64,000 nucleotides of DNA, from positions 4,064,001 through 4,128,000 of the forward strand of contig OY762209.1 in the NCBI GenBank assembly GCA_963665295.1, read 5' to 3'. Made by a program: the position numbers and the translations under genes. This document shows positions 50,309-61,658 of the stretch, in pieces; position 1 is the stretch's first letter; every line of letters starts with the position of its first letter. The notes under the pieces are model-generated. The model saw nothing but the letters and a program-made list of their open reading frames with translations, had not been told where the DNA came from and searched no databases. Source of the DNA: Syntrophorhabdaceae bacterium (GTDB lineage Bacteria; Desulfobacterota; Syntrophorhabdia; Syntrophorhabdales; Syntrophorhabdaceae).

Positions 50309-51876
50309 CTGTCCTTCTCCTCTTCAATGAGCAGTTTGTAGTCTATGCTGTCAACCAGGGCGAGCCAACTCGCCTCAATAATATTCTCGGATACACCTAC
50401 CGTACCCCATGTATGCTTTCCATCGCTGCTTTCGATAAGCACCCTTGTCGGCGCCTGAGTGCCGTCCTTCGTCGACAGTACCCTCACCTTGTAATCGACC
50501 AGTTCCATCTCCTCCAGCACCGGGTAGATCTTGTAAAGGGCTTTGCGCAACGCGTTGTCGAGAGCGTTTACCGGGCCCGTTCCGAGTGCTGCCGTATGTT
50601 CCACCCGGTCATTCACTTTCACAAGTATCGTGGCCTCGCACACGGGGTGATTCTTTTCCTTCTTGTCCACAATAATTCTGAATCCGATGAGGTCGAAATA
50701 TTTCTTGTGTATGCCCAGGCTCTTCTTGATGAGAAGTTCGAGGGAACCTTCCGCCCCCTCGAACTGATATCCGAACATTTCCAGGTCCTTTATCTTCTTT
50801 ACTACCTCTTTTGCAAGCTTCTTGTCTTTGTCTATATCTATGTTGAATTCTTTCGCCTTATAGAGAATGCTGCTTTCTCCCGAAAGATCGGAAATGAGCA
50901 CCCTCTGGACATTTCCTACAACGGCAGGCTTTATGTGTTCGTATGTCTCGGGATTTCTCCGTATGGCGCTCACATGAATGCCGCCCTTATGGGCAAAAGC
51001 ACTCTCGCCCACATAAGGTCTGTGTTTGTCGGGAATGAAGTTCGCCATCTCGTCCACGAAAAGGCTTAGCTCTCTGAGCCTGGTCAGCCTTTCCTTTTCC
51101 ATACCCTCGCAACCCATTTTCAGGACAATGCTCGGAATAATGGAACAAAGATTCGCATTGCCGCACCGCTCGCCGTAACCGTTTATCGTGCCCTGGATAT
51201 GGCGGCATCCAGCCTGTACCGCCATTAAGGTATTTGCCACCGCAAGTTCCGTATCGTTATGGGTATGAATCCCCAACGTAATCCCCGTGCCCTCCCCCAC
51301 CTTCTTTACAACTTCAAACACCTCATAGGGCATACTCCCGCCGTTGGTGTCGCAAAGTACCAGGGCATCCGCCCCTGCATCGCCGGCGGCCTTTAACACC
51401 TTCATCGCATAGGCGCTATTCTTCCTGTATCCATCAAAGAAATGCTCCGCGTCGAAGAATACGGTTTTTCCACGTCCCTTCAGATAACGGATGGTCCCGT
51501 CGATCATCTTCAGATTTGCGTCGAGACTAACCTTAAGGGCATCCCGCACATGGAGGTCCCAACTCTTGCCCACGATGGTGACATACTCCGTCTCTGCTTC
51601 CAGTACCGCCCGAATAACCTCGTCTTCCTCGGGCCTCGTCTGCGACTTCATAGTCATGCTGAACGCCACAATCTTTGTGTTCTTGAGGCGCATATTCCTG
51701 ACTTCCTTGAAATAGCTCAGGTCTTTCGGGTTCGAGCCGGGCCAGCCCCCTTCGATGTAGTGGATGCCGAACTCGTCCAGCTTCTCCGTAATCCTCAGCT
51801 TGTCCGTGAGAGAAAAGGCTATGTCTTCAGACTGTGCTCCATCACGGAGCGTGGTGTCGTAAAACTCAACCCTCAC
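50305..51876 (-). CDS. cimA: Citramalate synthase
   Basis: [55 protein letters not shown]-terminal regulatory domain. Confidence 0.93.
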   Translation of the reverse strand: MRVEFYDTTLRDGAQSEDIAFSLTDKLRITEKLDEFGIHYIEGGWPGSNPKDLSYFKEVRNMRLKNTKIVAFSMTMKSQTRPEEDEVIRAVLEAETEYVTIVGKSWDLHVRDALKVSLDANLKMIDGTIRYLKGRGKTVFFDAEHFFDGYRKNSAYAMKVLKAAGDAGADALVLCDTNGGSMPYEVFEVVKKVGEGTGITLGIHTHNDTELAVANTLMAVQAGCRHIQGTINGYGERCGNANLCSIIPSIVLKMGCEGMEKERLTRLRELSLFVDEMANFIPDKHRPYVGESAFAHKGGIHVSAIRRNPETYEHIKPAVVGNVQRVLISDLSGESSILYKAKEFNIDIDKDKKLAKEVVKKIKDLEMFGYQFEGAEGSLELLIKKSLGIHKKYFDLIGFRIIVDKKEKNHPVCEATILVKVNDRVEHTAALGTGPVNALDNALRKALYKIYPVLEEMELVDYKVRVLSTKDGTQAPTRVLIESSDGKHTWGTVGVSENIIEASWLALVDSIDYKLLIEEEKDR

Positions 51877-53108
51877 TTCTCCTCCTGCACATCCTCGGCG
51901 TCAAGGCCAAAAGCCGCATGAAGGGCCCGTACCGCAAGTTCCCCGTACTTGCTCTCAATTACGCAGGAGACTTTGATCTCCGATGTTGTAATGGCTTCAA
52001 TGTTGATTCCCTCCGCCGCAAGGACAGAAAACATCTTTGACGCGATGCCCGCGTGGGATATCATGCCGCGGCCGACAATGCTTACTTTGGCGATATTGTC
52101 ATCCACGGTCACCTGCGCCGCGCCGACCTCTTTCGCCTTTTCCTCCATTATCTTGTACGCCTTCTTTGCGTCCGCCCTCGATGTGGTGAAAGTAATATCC
52201 GTAAGATTGCCATGGCTCACGTTCTGCACTATCACATCCACCACGATATTTGCATCGGACAGGGCGGTAAAGATGCCTGCCGCGATTCCCGGTTTATCAG
52301 GCACGGCGTTCACGGTAATTTTTGCCTCGTTTTTACTGTAAGTTACCCCAGAAATTACAACTTTTTCCATAGACATCATTCCCTCCTCGCATACAAGCGT
52401 CCCTTTCCCTTCCACCAGAGAGGATTTCACGAGAATCGGGACATTATATTTCTGTGCAAGCTCCACCGACCTTATCTGCAACACCTTCGCACCCAGGCCT
52501 GCCATTTCGAGCATCTCATCGTAAGATATCTTGTCGAGCCGCTGCGCCTTGTCACAGATATTCGGGTCCGTCGTATACACGCCGTCCACATCCGTATATA
52601 TCTCACAAAGGTCCGCGTTGAGAGCAGCAGCCAAGGCCACTCCCGTAGTATCGGAGCCTCCCCTTCCGAGGGTCGTAATATCCCCCTCTTCATTGATACC
52701 CTGAAAACCCGGTACCACCACGATCCTGCCCTTTTTCAACTCATCGAGGATGCGCTCCTTCTCCAGCCTGTCAATCCGAGCCTTTCCAAAACTTGAGTCC
52801 GTCACTATCCTTATCTGGTGACCCTGCACAGACACGGCATCATGTCCCATTTCCTTCAAGGTCAACGCAAGGAGAGCGGATGTGACCTGCTCACCCGTGG
52901 ATATGAGGACATCTACCTCTCTCTCGTCGGGAAACTTCGCAATCTGGCCGGCCAGATTAAGTAACCGGTCCGTTTCTCCGGACATCGCAGAAACAACAAT
53001 CACCATGTCGTTGCCACGATTTTTGTAGTCCACCGCCCTTCCGGCTACATTTCGAATCCGCTCAACATCTCTTACTGAGGTTCCGCCATACTTCTGCACG
53101 ACTAACAT
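51873..53108 (-). CDS. lysC: Aspartate kinase
   Basis: [30 protein letters not shown], two ACT domains. Confidence 0.96.
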   Translation of the reverse strand: MLVVQKYGGTSVRDVERIRNVAGRAVDYKNRGNDMVIVVSAMSGETDRLLNLAGQIAKFPDEREVDVLISTGEQVTSALLALTLKEMGHDAVSVQGHQIRIVTDSSFGKARIDRLEKERILDELKKGRIVVVPGFQGINEEGDITTLGRGGSDTTGVALAAALNADLCEIYTDVDGVYTTDPNICDKAQRLDKISYDEMLEMAGLGAKVLQIRSVELAQKYNVPILVKSSLVEGKGTLVCEEGMMSMEKVVISGVTYSKNEAKITVNAVPDKPGIAAGIFTALSDANIVVDVIVQNVSHGNLTDITFTTSRADAKKAYKIMEEKAKEVGAAQVTVDDNIAKVSIVGRGMISHAGIASKMFSVLAAEGINIEAITTSEIKVSCVIESKYGELAVRALHAAFGLDAEDVQEEK

Positions 53109-53523
53109 CTTCTACCTCCAATCTGATTATTCGGTCTTCATCTCCTGTAATATCTATGTACACTCCGATAGTGCCCTCCGGCCACATGGTCCTTTCGGCC
53201 CACTCCACCACAACTATGCCGGTTTCGAGATATTCTTCCATATCAAGACCTTCCGCCTCATCGCCGTCGATCCTGTACAGGTCGGCGTGGCAGAGCGTAT
53301 ACGTTCCTTCATATACATTCATCAAGGTGAACGAAGGGCTCAGGACATATTGCCAGTCCGGAACTCCGAGACCCCTTGCAATGCCTTTCACCAGTTGAGT
53401 CTTGCCCGCTCCGAGCTCCCCATAGAGGGCATAGCGGTCACCCCGCCTGGCGCCACTGCCGATGCACTCGCCGATATCCCATGTGTCAGAGGGACTTCTC
53501 GATATAAACTCTATCCGTTCCAC
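53062..53523 (-). CDS. tsaE: tRNA threonylcarbamoyladenosine biosynthesis ATPase TsaE
   Basis: [23 protein letters not shown]. Confidence 0.95.
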   Translation of the reverse strand: MERIEFISRSPSDTWDIGECIGSGARRGDRYALYGELGAGKTQLVKGIARGLGVPDWQYVLSPSFTLMNVYEGTYTLCHADLYRIDGDEAEGLDMEEYLETGIVVVEWAERTMWPEGTIGVYIDITGDEDRIIRLEVEDVSRAEVWRNLSKRC

Positions 53524-55063
53524 CCTTTATATTCCTTAAAGCCTTGCCGAGTCCCGCGAGAAGATCGCCGGCAAGGAGATCCATGTCCGTGGATTCCTCC
53601 ACAAAACTGTCGGCCGCATACCCGTGTACATAGGCCCCAAGGAGGGATGCCTCGGTCATTGAGTACCCCTGGGCCACTGCGCCTCCAATGAAACCAGTTA
53701 GTATATCACCACTTCCACCTTTTGCCAAGGACTGGTTGCCCGTGGGTATTATATAGGCTTCTCCCCGTTCATTAAAGACAATCGTCCTCGCCCCTTTCAG
53801 GACGAGGTTTGCCCCGGTTCTTTCGAAAAAACTTCTTCCCGCAGCCATCCGATCGGCATTGATGGCCTTCGGCGACATCTCCATGATGCGGCCGAGTTCA
53901 CCCGGGTGGGGTGTAAATACGGCGTTCTTTTTCGCCTTTGTGAACAGGTCCATATGCCCTGCGAAGGCGTTTATCCCGTCGGCGTCGATGATAAAGGGTT
54001 TGTGTGCCTCCGTAAAGACCCTCCTCACTATTTCCGAGGTCTCGGGGTTTTGGGAAAGGCCCGGCCCCATGATAATCACATCCTTGTCCGCGACAAATTC
54101 CATAATCTTCCGGTACGACGAAAGAGTGAAATATCCTGTCCCCTGGTCCGCCACGGGATAGGTCATCACTTCGGTAAGCTTCGTTGCCATTATACCGTTC
54201 AGGGATTCGGGGATGAGAAGAGTCACCAGGCCGGCCCCGATCTTCAGCGCGGCCAGAGACGCCATGTGGGCTGCCCCCGTCTTTCCGGGAGAACCTGCAA
54301 TCACTGCCACGTGACCGAAGGTGCCTTTGTGGGACCAAGGCATCCTCTCCTTAAGAAAACCCCTTATCATCTCCCCATCCACCAGACGGCCATCCATGCC
54401 CAAGCTCTCTTCGGCATGGGAAGGCAATGAAATGTCGATGACCGTGAGTTTTCCCGTATGGTATGCCCCGGGGTAAAAAAGCTGTCCTATCTTCGGAAAA
54501 CCATAGGTAAACGTATGGGTTGCCATGACAGCCCGGCCAAGCGCCATGCCCGTCCTGCCGTCAATGCCCGAAGGTATGTCAACGGCAATGACCGGTCCGC
54601 CCGATCCGTTGATCAACTCGATCGCCCTATCCTCTTTACCCTGCACCATCTTCGACAAGCCTGTTCCGAAGATCGCATCCACCGTAATGTCCGCTTCTCT
54701 GAGTTCTTCCTTTACGAGACCGAAAGAGGTATCATCAACCTCGATGATCTCTCCTCCCAGAGAAGCATAGAGACGCATGTTGAGAGCCGCGTCTCCCTTC
54801 AGATCGGAAGTCCGGCATAGGAGATAAACCTTCACGGTAAATCCGTCCCTGAGGGCATATCGCGCAATCACGAAACCGTCGCCGCCGTTGTTCCCTCTGC
54901 CACAGAAAACGGCAAGCCTGCTTTTAGGCTCCAGATAACGTTCCTTCGTCAAGCGGTACGTATTCCGCCCCGCGTTCTCCATGAGCACCGCAGAGGGGAT
55001 ACCCCATTCCTTGATCGCATATTCGTCGTATTTTGCCATTCTTTCAGGGGAGAGTACCTTCAT
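53486..55063 (-). CDS. nnr: Bifunctional NAD(P)H-hydrate epimerase/dehydratase
   Basis: Motifs LMENAG, GNNGGDG, DAIFGTG, DIPSG, HKGTFG, GPGL, TPHPGE, GGSGDIL. Confidence 0.95.
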   Translation of the reverse strand: MKVLSPERMAKYDEYAIKEWGIPSAVLMENAGRNTYRLTKERYLEPKSRLAVFCGRGNNGGDGFVIARYALRDGFTVKVYLLCRTSDLKGDAALNMRLYASLGGEIIEVDDTSFGLVKEELREADITVDAIFGTGLSKMVQGKEDRAIELINGSGGPVIAVDIPSGIDGRTGMALGRAVMATHTFTYGFPKIGQLFYPGAYHTGKLTVIDISLPSHAEESLGMDGRLVDGEMIRGFLKERMPWSHKGTFGHVAVIAGSPGKTGAAHMASLAALKIGAGLVTLLIPESLNGIMATKLTEVMTYPVADQGTGYFTLSSYRKIMEFVADKDVIIMGPGLSQNPETSEIVRRVFTEAHKPFIIDADGINAFAGHMDLFTKAKKNAVFTPHPGELGRIMEMSPKAINADRMAAGRSFFERTGANLVLKGARTIVFNERGEAYIIPTGNQSLAKGGSGDILTGFIGGAVAQGYSMTEASLLGAYVHGYAADSFVEESTDMDLLAGDLLAGLGKALRNIKGGTDRVYIEKSL

Positions 55064-55079
55064 GCATTCCTCCACGCCG

Positions 55080-55397
55080 TTATATTATCACCACGGAGAC
55101 TGCGTATGCCTTCTCATGGGAAATACTCACTCCGTCGTACCGTATGCCGCGGCAGGTTACGAAGGGCTTGCCTCCTGCCCCGGACACCATAATCTCCTTC
55201 CACGGCAAGCCCTTGCCGAGGGCTTTTATGAAGGCCTCTTTTGCCGCAAACCTTCCTGCAAGGGTCTGATACATGTTCTTCCTGCTTTGAGCGTATCGCA
55301 GCTCCTCGTCGGTAAAGACCCTGGTCAAGAACCTGTCGCCGAACCTCTCCACGGCCCGGGCGATCCTTGACACGTCGACAATGTCTATACCAATCAT
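55080..55397 (-). CDS. acpS: Holo-ACP synthase
   Basis: GIDIV, RFAAKEAFIKALG, VSISH. Confidence 0.95.
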   Translation of the reverse strand: MIGIDIVDVSRIARAVERFGDRFLTRVFTDEELRYAQSRKNMYQTLAGRFAAKEAFIKALGKGLPWKEIMVSGAGGKPFVTCRGIRYDGVSISHEKAYAVSVVII

Positions 55398-55431
55398 CGC
55401 TCCCTGGCCTTCAGCATATGAGGCGGCAGTC

Positions 55432-56148
55432 TCATCCGCCGATCAGGGCGATCATATCCCGGACAGCCCGGTCCAGACCGACAAAAACCGCCCTGGCAAT
55501 AATGGCGTGTCCTATACTCAATTCATCCATTCCCGGAATCGATGCAATCTCTTTCACATTGTGATAGTGCAGCCCGTGGCCGCCGTTTACCCCGAGGCCA
55601 AGCTCCTTTCCCCGGGCGACAGCACGTATCACCTTTTTCAGCTCCTCGGCCCTGAGCTCTCCCGTCTTCGCATCGCTGTATGCCCCCGTGTGTATCTCGA
55701 TCATATGGGCACCCACTTTGTGCGCCGCAAGGATCTGTGCTTCCTCGGGGTCGATGAAGAGACTCACCTTTATTCCCTTTTCTCTCACCGATTCCACCGC
55801 TTTCTGAACCCTCGCGGAGAGGCCCACCACATCGAGTCCCCCTTCCGTGGTCAATTCCTGTCTTTTCTCAGGTACGAGGGTAACCATGTAGGGCCGTACT
55901 TCCCTGGCTATCCCGACCATCTCGTCGGTAGCCGCCATTTCAAGGTTCAACTTCGTCTTTATTACGTTCTTCAGGATAGCCACATCCCTGTCTTTTATAT
56001 GTCGTCTGTCTTCCCTCAAATGCACGATGATACCCGAGGCCCCTGCCATTTCCGCAATTCCCGCGGCATGCACGGGATCAGGGTACGCCGTGCCCCGAGC
56101 CTCCCTCAAAGTCGCGATGTGGTCAATATTTACCATTAGTTCAGGCAT
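55432..56148 (-). CDS. pdxJ: Pyridoxine 5'-phosphate synthase
   Basis: [36 protein letters not shown]. Confidence 0.97.
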   Translation of the reverse strand: MPELMVNIDHIATLREARGTAYPDPVHAAGIAEMAGASGIIVHLREDRRHIKDRDVAILKNVIKTKLNLEMAATDEMVGIAREVRPYMVTLVPEKRQELTTEGGLDVVGLSARVQKAVESVREKGIKVSLFIDPEEAQILAAHKVGAHMIEIHTGAYSDAKTGELRAEELKKVIRAVARGKELGLGVNGGHGLHYHNVKEIASIPGMDELSIGHAIIARAVFVGLDRAVRDMIALIGG

Positions 56149-56149
56149 A

Positions 56150-57508
56150 TCAATCTCCTCCGAGTTCTTTCCGTGCCGACTCTGCAATCTCCTCGGCAAA
56201 CCGGTCTACCTGCTTCGCATCCACCCCTTCGACCATAACCCTCAGTTTCATTTCCGTCCCTGAATATCTCACCACCACTCTGCCTTCGTCCCCAAGGAGG
56301 TCCCTAATTCCCTGAATGGCGCCTGTGAGACCCGGGCAGTCTTCAATGGGTTTCTTTTCTTTTACCCTTACGTTCTTTTCTACCTGGGGAAACTCGGTGA
56401 AACCCTCCATCAGGTCGCCCAGCCCCTTCTGTTCCTCTATCATAACGTGCAGCATCTTCAGGGCCGTAACCATACCGTCCCCGGTGGTATTATGGTCGAG
56501 AAATACAATGTGACCGGATTTTTCTCCCCCGAGATTGAGGTCTTCCTTAAGCATAGTCTCAAGGACATATCTGTCCCCCACGTTTGCCCTCAACACCTTT
56601 ATACTTTCACTCCTGAGGCAGGTCTCCACTCCCATGTTGCTTGCTATGGTGGCGACCAGCGTGTTCTGTTTCAGGCCGCCCTTTTTCTTGAGGTGTCTTG
56701 CCAGTACTACCATGGCGCCGTCCCCGTCGATCACCTGTCCTTTATCGTCGACAAAAGTAACCCTGTCGGCGTCCCCGTCAAAGGCAATGCCTATGTGAGC
56801 ATTGTGTTCCATCACCTGTTCCCTCAGGCGGTCGGGATAGAGACTCCCGCAGTCCTTGTTGATATTCTCACCGTCCGGTTCAACACCGACGGCCAAAACA
56901 TGGGCGCCAAGTTCCTCGAAGACGCTGGGGGCCACTTTGTATGCGGCGCCGTGAGCGCAGTCTACTACCATCCTCAACCCATCGAGAGAATAAGGTTGGG
57001 GGAAGATATTTTTCAGAAATACAATATACCGGCCCACGGCATCATCTATCCTGTGAGCCTTCCCTACCTCGTTGGCCACAGGTCGGAGCGTGTCCAACGA
57101 ACCATCCAGCATCAGCTTCTCGATCTCATATTCCAGTTCGTCCGGCAGCTTAAAGCCGTCCCCGGAGAATATCTTTATCCCATTGTCTTGATAAGGATTG
57201 TGCGACGCGGATATGACTATGCCCGCGTCCGCCCTCATGCTGCTCGTAATAAAGGCAATCCCCGGCGTAGGCAGCGGCCCCACAAGCCACACATCAAGGC
57301 CCATGGAGCATATGCCGGAAGCTATGGCGGTTTCGAGCATATAACCTGAAACCCTCGTGTCCTTCCCCACCACGATCCTTCCCCTGCCATGCCTCTCTTT
57401 AAAAATATACGATACAGCGCGCCCAAGTTTCAGGGCGACTTCCGACGTCATGGGGTACACATTGGCAATCCCACGTATCCCGTCGGTGCCGAATAGTCTT
57501 CTTTCCAT
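56150..57508 (-). CDS. glmM: Phosphoglucosamine mutase
   Basis: [34 protein letters not shown]. Confidence 0.97.
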   Translation of the reverse strand: MERRLFGTDGIRGIANVYPMTSEVALKLGRAVSYIFKERHGRGRIVVGKDTRVSGYMLETAIASGICSMGLDVWLVGPLPTPGIAFITSSMRADAGIVISASHNPYQDNGIKIFSGDGFKLPDELEYEIEKLMLDGSLDTLRPVANEVGKAHRIDDAVGRYIVFLKNIFPQPYSLDGLRMVVDCAHGAAYKVAPSVFEELGAHVLAVGVEPDGENINKDCGSLYPDRLREQVMEHNAHIGIAFDGDADRVTFVDDKGQVIDGDGAMVVLARHLKKKGGLKQNTLVATIASNMGVETCLRSESIKVLRANVGDRYVLETMLKEDLNLGGEKSGHIVFLDHNTTGDGMVTALKMLHVMIEEQKGLGDLMEGFTEFPQVEKNVRVKEKKPIEDCPGLTGAIQGIRDLLGDEGRVVVRYSGTEMKLRVMVEGVDAKQVDRFAEEIAESARKELGGD

Positions 57509-57509
57509 C

Positions 57510-58151
57510 CTAATCCCTCCTTAAACGGACCTTGACGGCATCGGGTATTATCTTCCTCAAAAGCAACCCTTTCACCGCCAAAGGAGCCAACACCTCTTCT
57601 TCTTTACCTCTAAAATCCCCGTCCACCGGTAACGTCTCTATAGTCTCTCTCTCTTTCAAGGTCCCTTCGGACCCCTCAACGGTCACATAGCGGGGATTCC
57701 ACGACTTTGCCTCATATGTCCCCGCCCATTTACCATCCAATCTTACAACAACCTTGAGTCGCCTCTCTACAGCTTTGTCCACTTCGATTGTCACGTAGTC
57801 AGGTTTTACCTGCTCGACCTTTATCCCTTTCGGTACTACCACCTTGTCTTTTTGTATGGTAAAGACATGGGCCCCGCTCTTTACACCTGCCAGGTTGATC
57901 ACGAGCCTGATGTCGTGGGCCCTCAGGTTCTTGAGGATTGAAATAGGACCGTTTATCGTTACAAGCAGCGCGTCGGATTCCATATTTCCTATCATCAGTT
58001 CCCTTCCGAGGTTTTCCGTAATGACCGGCACCGAAACCGTCATTTTCGATTCTCCGATATAGGATATGGCGAACCAGAGCATGGCCGCAAGGACGAGAGA
58101 CAAAGCCTTGAGTTTTAAGTCCTTAAGTATATACTGTCTCACAAACTTCAT
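57510..58151 (-). CDS. cdaR: CdaR / YbbR-like protein
   Basis: [14 protein letters not shown] anchor plus YbbR-like beta domains; located between cdaA and glmM. Confidence 0.85.
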   Translation of the reverse strand: MKFVRQYILKDLKLKALSLVLAAMLWFAISYIGESKMTVSVPVITENLGRELMIGNMESDALLVTINGPISILKNLRAHDIRLVINLAGVKSGAHVFTIQKDKVVVPKGIKVEQVKPDYVTIEVDKAVERRLKVVVRLDGKWAGTYEAKSWNPRYVTVEGSEGTLKERETIETLPVDGDFRGKEEEVLAPLAVKGLLLRKIIPDAVKVRLRRD

Positions 58152-58183
58152 CGCCTAATCCCTTGTTGTCCTCACATACACCA

Positions 58184-58924
58184 TCATTTCAACAGCTCCC
58201 GAAGCACCTTCTTCAGGCTATCGCCGTCCACGTTCCAATGAAACTCCCCCTTGAAGGTGTAAGATATCTTTCCCTTCTCTTCGGAAACCGCGAGAGTAAC
58301 CGCGTCGGTTACCTCGCTGATGCCTATTGCAGCTCTGTGCCTCGTGCCCAGTTGTTTGTCGATGGTGTCCTTCATCGTCAGAGGGAGTATGCAACTCGCC
58401 GCCCTGATCCTTCCTTCCCTGATGATCATCGCGCCATCATGAAGAGGCGATGCATATTGAAATATGCTCAGTATCAACTCGGCGTTGACCTCTGCATCAA
58501 GGCGCACCCCTATCTCCATGAATTCCTCAAGTCCGACCTCACGCTCTATGACAATGAGGGCGCCCGTCTTCTTTTTCGCCATGGCGACGCACGCATTGCA
58601 GAGTTCATCGTAAAAGAGTGTCTCTTCAACATAGGTGATCTTCTTGAAGAAAGGGCTTCTGCCCAGGGCCAGCAGCACCCTTCTTATCTCATTCTGAAAT
58701 ACGACCACCACCACAAGAATGATGGAACTGACAAAATTGTTGAGTATCCATCCCAGGGCAAAAAGTTCAAGTTTTTTCGACAGATAGAAGACGAAGACGA
58801 TTATGATCACGCCCACGATGAGCTGACTCGCCCTTGTCCCTTTCACCAGGAGGAAAGTCCTGTAGATAATGAAGGCTACTATTAATATATCTAAGACATC
58901 TTGCCATCTCAGAGACGTTATCAT
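58184..58924 (-). CDS. cdaA: Diadenylate cyclase CdaA
   Basis: 3 TM helices, FQNEIRR, PLHDGA, GTRHRAAIG, VSEE. Confidence 0.95.
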   Translation of the reverse strand: MITSLRWQDVLDILIVAFIIYRTFLLVKGTRASQLIVGVIIIVFVFYLSKKLELFALGWILNNFVSSIILVVVVVFQNEIRRVLLALGRSPFFKKITYVEETLFYDELCNACVAMAKKKTGALIVIEREVGLEEFMEIGVRLDAEVNAELILSIFQYASPLHDGAMIIREGRIRAASCILPLTMKDTIDKQLGTRHRAAIGISEVTDAVTLAVSEEKGKISYTFKGEFHWNVDGDSLKKVLRELLK

Positions 58925-59739
58925 GATTTTATGATAGCGTCTACAAGCCTGACGACTTTACGCGCTCCCTTGACATTGTGGACCCTTACGATGTCCGCCC
59001 CGTTCCAGACGCTGATGGCGACGCTTGCAAGGGTTCCCTCTACCCTCTCTTCGAGGGGCCAGTCGGTCACTTTTCCGATAAAGGTCTTCATGGAGGTGCC
59101 CACAAGGAGGGGCCTGCCGAGCACCTTAAAAGCACGAAGGTCTTTTATCAGCTTCAGATTGTCCTCGACTCTCTTGCCGAACCCGATACCCGGATCGAGT
59201 ATGATATCTTCTTCTCTTATTCCCCGGCTCACGGCAAAGGTGACCCTCGCCTTGAGAAAATCCCCTACTTCCCTGATTACGTCATCATAGCACGGGTCTT
59301 TCTGCATATCTTCAGGCGTACCCTTGATGTGCATGAGGACGACGTACATTCCAAGGCGGGCTGCGACGGACGCCATTTCCGGATCGAAGGTGAGGGCGCT
59401 TATGTCGTTCACCATATCCGCGCCCGCGCGCCCGGCTTCTTCCGCCACTTTTGATTTATAGGTATCTATGGAGATTATGACGTCCGAATGCGCGCGTATC
59501 TCTTGTATTACAGGTATGACTCTTTCAAGTTCTTCGTTCGCGGTCGCCCGCTGAGAAAACGGCCTTGTGGACTCTCCGCCCACATCTACGATGTCAGCCC
59601 CTTCTTCGACCATCTCCAGGGCGTGTTGTACGGCAATTCTAGGGTCAAGGAACTTTCCCCCGTCAGAAAAGGAGTCGGGTGTAACATTCAGCACCCCCAT
59701 AATGAGAGGCCTTTCTTTACATGGCAACTTCCTCTTCAT
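58921..59739 (-). CDS. folP: Dihydropteroate synthase
   Basis: [33 protein letters not shown]. Start uncertain (59739 or 59763). Confidence 0.96.
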   Translation of the reverse strand: MKRKLPCKERPLIMGVLNVTPDSFSDGGKFLDPRIAVQHALEMVEEGADIVDVGGESTRPFSQRATANEELERVIPVIQEIRAHSDVIISIDTYKSKVAEEAGRAGADMVNDISALTFDPEMASVAARLGMYVVLMHIKGTPEDMQKDPCYDDVIREVGDFLKARVTFAVSRGIREEDIILDPGIGFGKRVEDNLKLIKDLRAFKVLGRPLLVGTSMKTFIGKVTDWPLEERVEGTLASVAISVWNGADIVRVHNVKGARKVVRLVDAIIKS

Positions 59740-61546
59740 TTGAGCTTTCCTTGATAATCGCATCTATTTCCTGGCCATCCAGCACTTCTTTTTCCAAAAG
59801 CTTATTCGCAATGGCATGGAGTCCTTTCATGTTATTGTAAAGGATCCCTTTTGCCCTCTCAAAACACTCTGTAACTATCCGCCTCAGTTCCTCGTCTATA
59901 TCCTGCGCCGTATCTTCGCTGAAATCCCTGTGTTGGGCTATTTCCCGGCCGAGAAAGATATGTTCCTCCTTCTTGCCGTAATTCAGGGGACCGAGTTTTT
60001 CACTCATTCCCCACTCGCAGACCATCTTCCGCGCTATCTCAGTGGCTCTCTCGATGTCGTTCCCCGCTCCGGTGGTCTCATGATTAAGGACAAGCTCTTC
60101 GGCAACCCTTCCCCCTAAAAGGATCGTGATGTTCTCGAGGAGAAACGATTTCGAATAGGTATGTCTTTCATCTATGGGCAACTGCTGCGTAATTCCAAGT
60201 GCCCGCCCCCGGGGGATGATGGTAACCTTGTGGATCGGGTCTGAACCGGGGATCATCCTCGCCACCAGTGCGTGACCCGCTTCATGGTACGCCGCATTCC
60301 TCCTCTCCTCGAAGGGAATTATCAGGCTCTTCCTCTCCACGCCCATGAGCACTTTGTCTTTTGCCTGCTCAAAATCGTCCATCTCGATTTCTTTCTTGTT
60401 CTTTCTCGCTGCAAGAAGGGCGGCTTCGTTCACCAGATTTTCCAGGTCCGCCCCTGAAAACCCGGGAGTGCCCCTGGCAATCACTGATAACTCCACGTCT
60501 CCGGCAACAACCGTCTTTCGTGTATGGACGTTAAGGATTGCCTCCCTCCCCTTTACATCGGGGATGGAGACGACTATCTGCCGGTCGAACCTTCCCGGCC
60601 TTAAAAGTGCGGGGTCCAGTACGTCAGGTCTGTTTGTCGCCGACATAACGATAACCCCTTCATTAGATTCAAATCCATCCATTTCGACGAGGAGTTGATT
60701 CAAGGTCTGCTCCCTCTCATCGTGCCCGCCTCCGAGGCCTGCGCCCCTGTGCCTGCCGACCGCGTCGATCTCGTCGATAAATATGATGCAAGGCGCATGT
60801 TTCTTCCCCTGGTTAAACAGGTCTCTTACCCTAGAAGCCCCTACGCCCACAAACATCTCCACAAAGTCCGAGCCGCTTATACTGAAAAACGGCACATCCG
60901 CTTCTCCCGCGATCGCTCTCGCCAGCAACGTCTTTCCTGTTCCGGGAGGACCCACGAGAAGCACGCCTTTGGGTATCCGACCGCCGAGCTTCGTGAACTT
61001 TTTGGGATCGATGAGAAACTCTATAATCTCCTGCAGTTCCTCTTTTGCCTCATCAATGCCGGCCACATCGCGGAAAGTGACCTTATTCTCTTTTCCGGTC
61101 ACAAGTCGCGCCTTGCTCTTCCCGAAGGCCATAGCCTTCCCGCCCCCTGCCTGCATCTGCCTCATAAAAAATATCCACACGCCAATAAGGAGGAGCATGG
61201 GAAACCACGATATGAAAATGTTCTGCCATATCCCGGAATCCTCATCGGGCTTCGCGTTGATTCTCACGTTATGGGTCCTGAGCATCTTCATCAACTCGGG
61301 ATCGTCAGGGGCGTAGCTCTTGAATTCCTTACCATCCTTGAACGAACCCAGGATATGCTTGCCCTGGATGGTAATAGATTGAATCTTGTCAGTCTCAACG
61401 GCTTCCACAAAGTCGCTGAATATGACGCTTTCATAGCTCTTCTTGGGCTTGTAGTAGACGTTGAAAATAAAGAGCCCCAGCAGGATTATGAAGAGCCAGA
61501 CGAAGATATTCTTGTTCATGGGATTAATGTTCGTATTCTTGGGCAC
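59717..61546 (-). CDS. ftsH: ATP-dependent zinc metalloprotease FtsH
   Basis: Two TM helices, [26 protein letters not shown]. Confidence 0.98.
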   Translation of the reverse strand: MPKNTNINPMNKNIFVWLFIILLGLFIFNVYYKPKKSYESVIFSDFVEAVETDKIQSITIQGKHILGSFKDGKEFKSYAPDDPELMKMLRTHNVRINAKPDEDSGIWQNIFISWFPMLLLIGVWIFFMRQMQAGGGKAMAFGKSKARLVTGKENKVTFRDVAGIDEAKEELQEIIEFLIDPKKFTKLGGRIPKGVLLVGPPGTGKTLLARAIAGEADVPFFSISGSDFVEMFVGVGASRVRDLFNQGKKHAPCIIFIDEIDAVGRHRGAGLGGGHDEREQTLNQLLVEMDGFESNEGVIVMSATNRPDVLDPALLRPGRFDRQIVVSIPDVKGREAILNVHTRKTVVAGDVELSVIARGTPGFSGADLENLVNEAALLAARKNKKEIEMDDFEQAKDKVLMGVERKSLIIPFEERRNAAYHEAGHALVARMIPGSDPIHKVTIIPRGRALGITQQLPIDERHTYSKSFLLENITILLGGRVAEELVLNHETTGAGNDIERATEIARKMVCEWGMSEKLGPLNYGKKEEHIFLGREIAQHRDFSEDTAQDIDEELRRIVTECFERAKGILYNNMKGLHAIANKLLEKEVLDGQEIDAIIKESSNEEEVAM

Positions 61547-61552
61547 CTATCC

Positions 61553-61581
61553 TTTGTACCATAAAAACCGTGCGTTATCAA
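61553..61581 (-). promoter_or_regulatory. ftsH operon promoter
   Basis: TTGATA(61581-76)-17-TACAAA(61558-53) preceded by TGG; 6 nt to GTG 61546. Confidence 0.55.
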
Positions 61582-61658
61582 TAGCTGAATGCCTGTGAAG
61601 CTGTTTTATCGTCCGTAATTTGTTATAATAGGCACAATCAAATGGGGGGATAAAAGCC

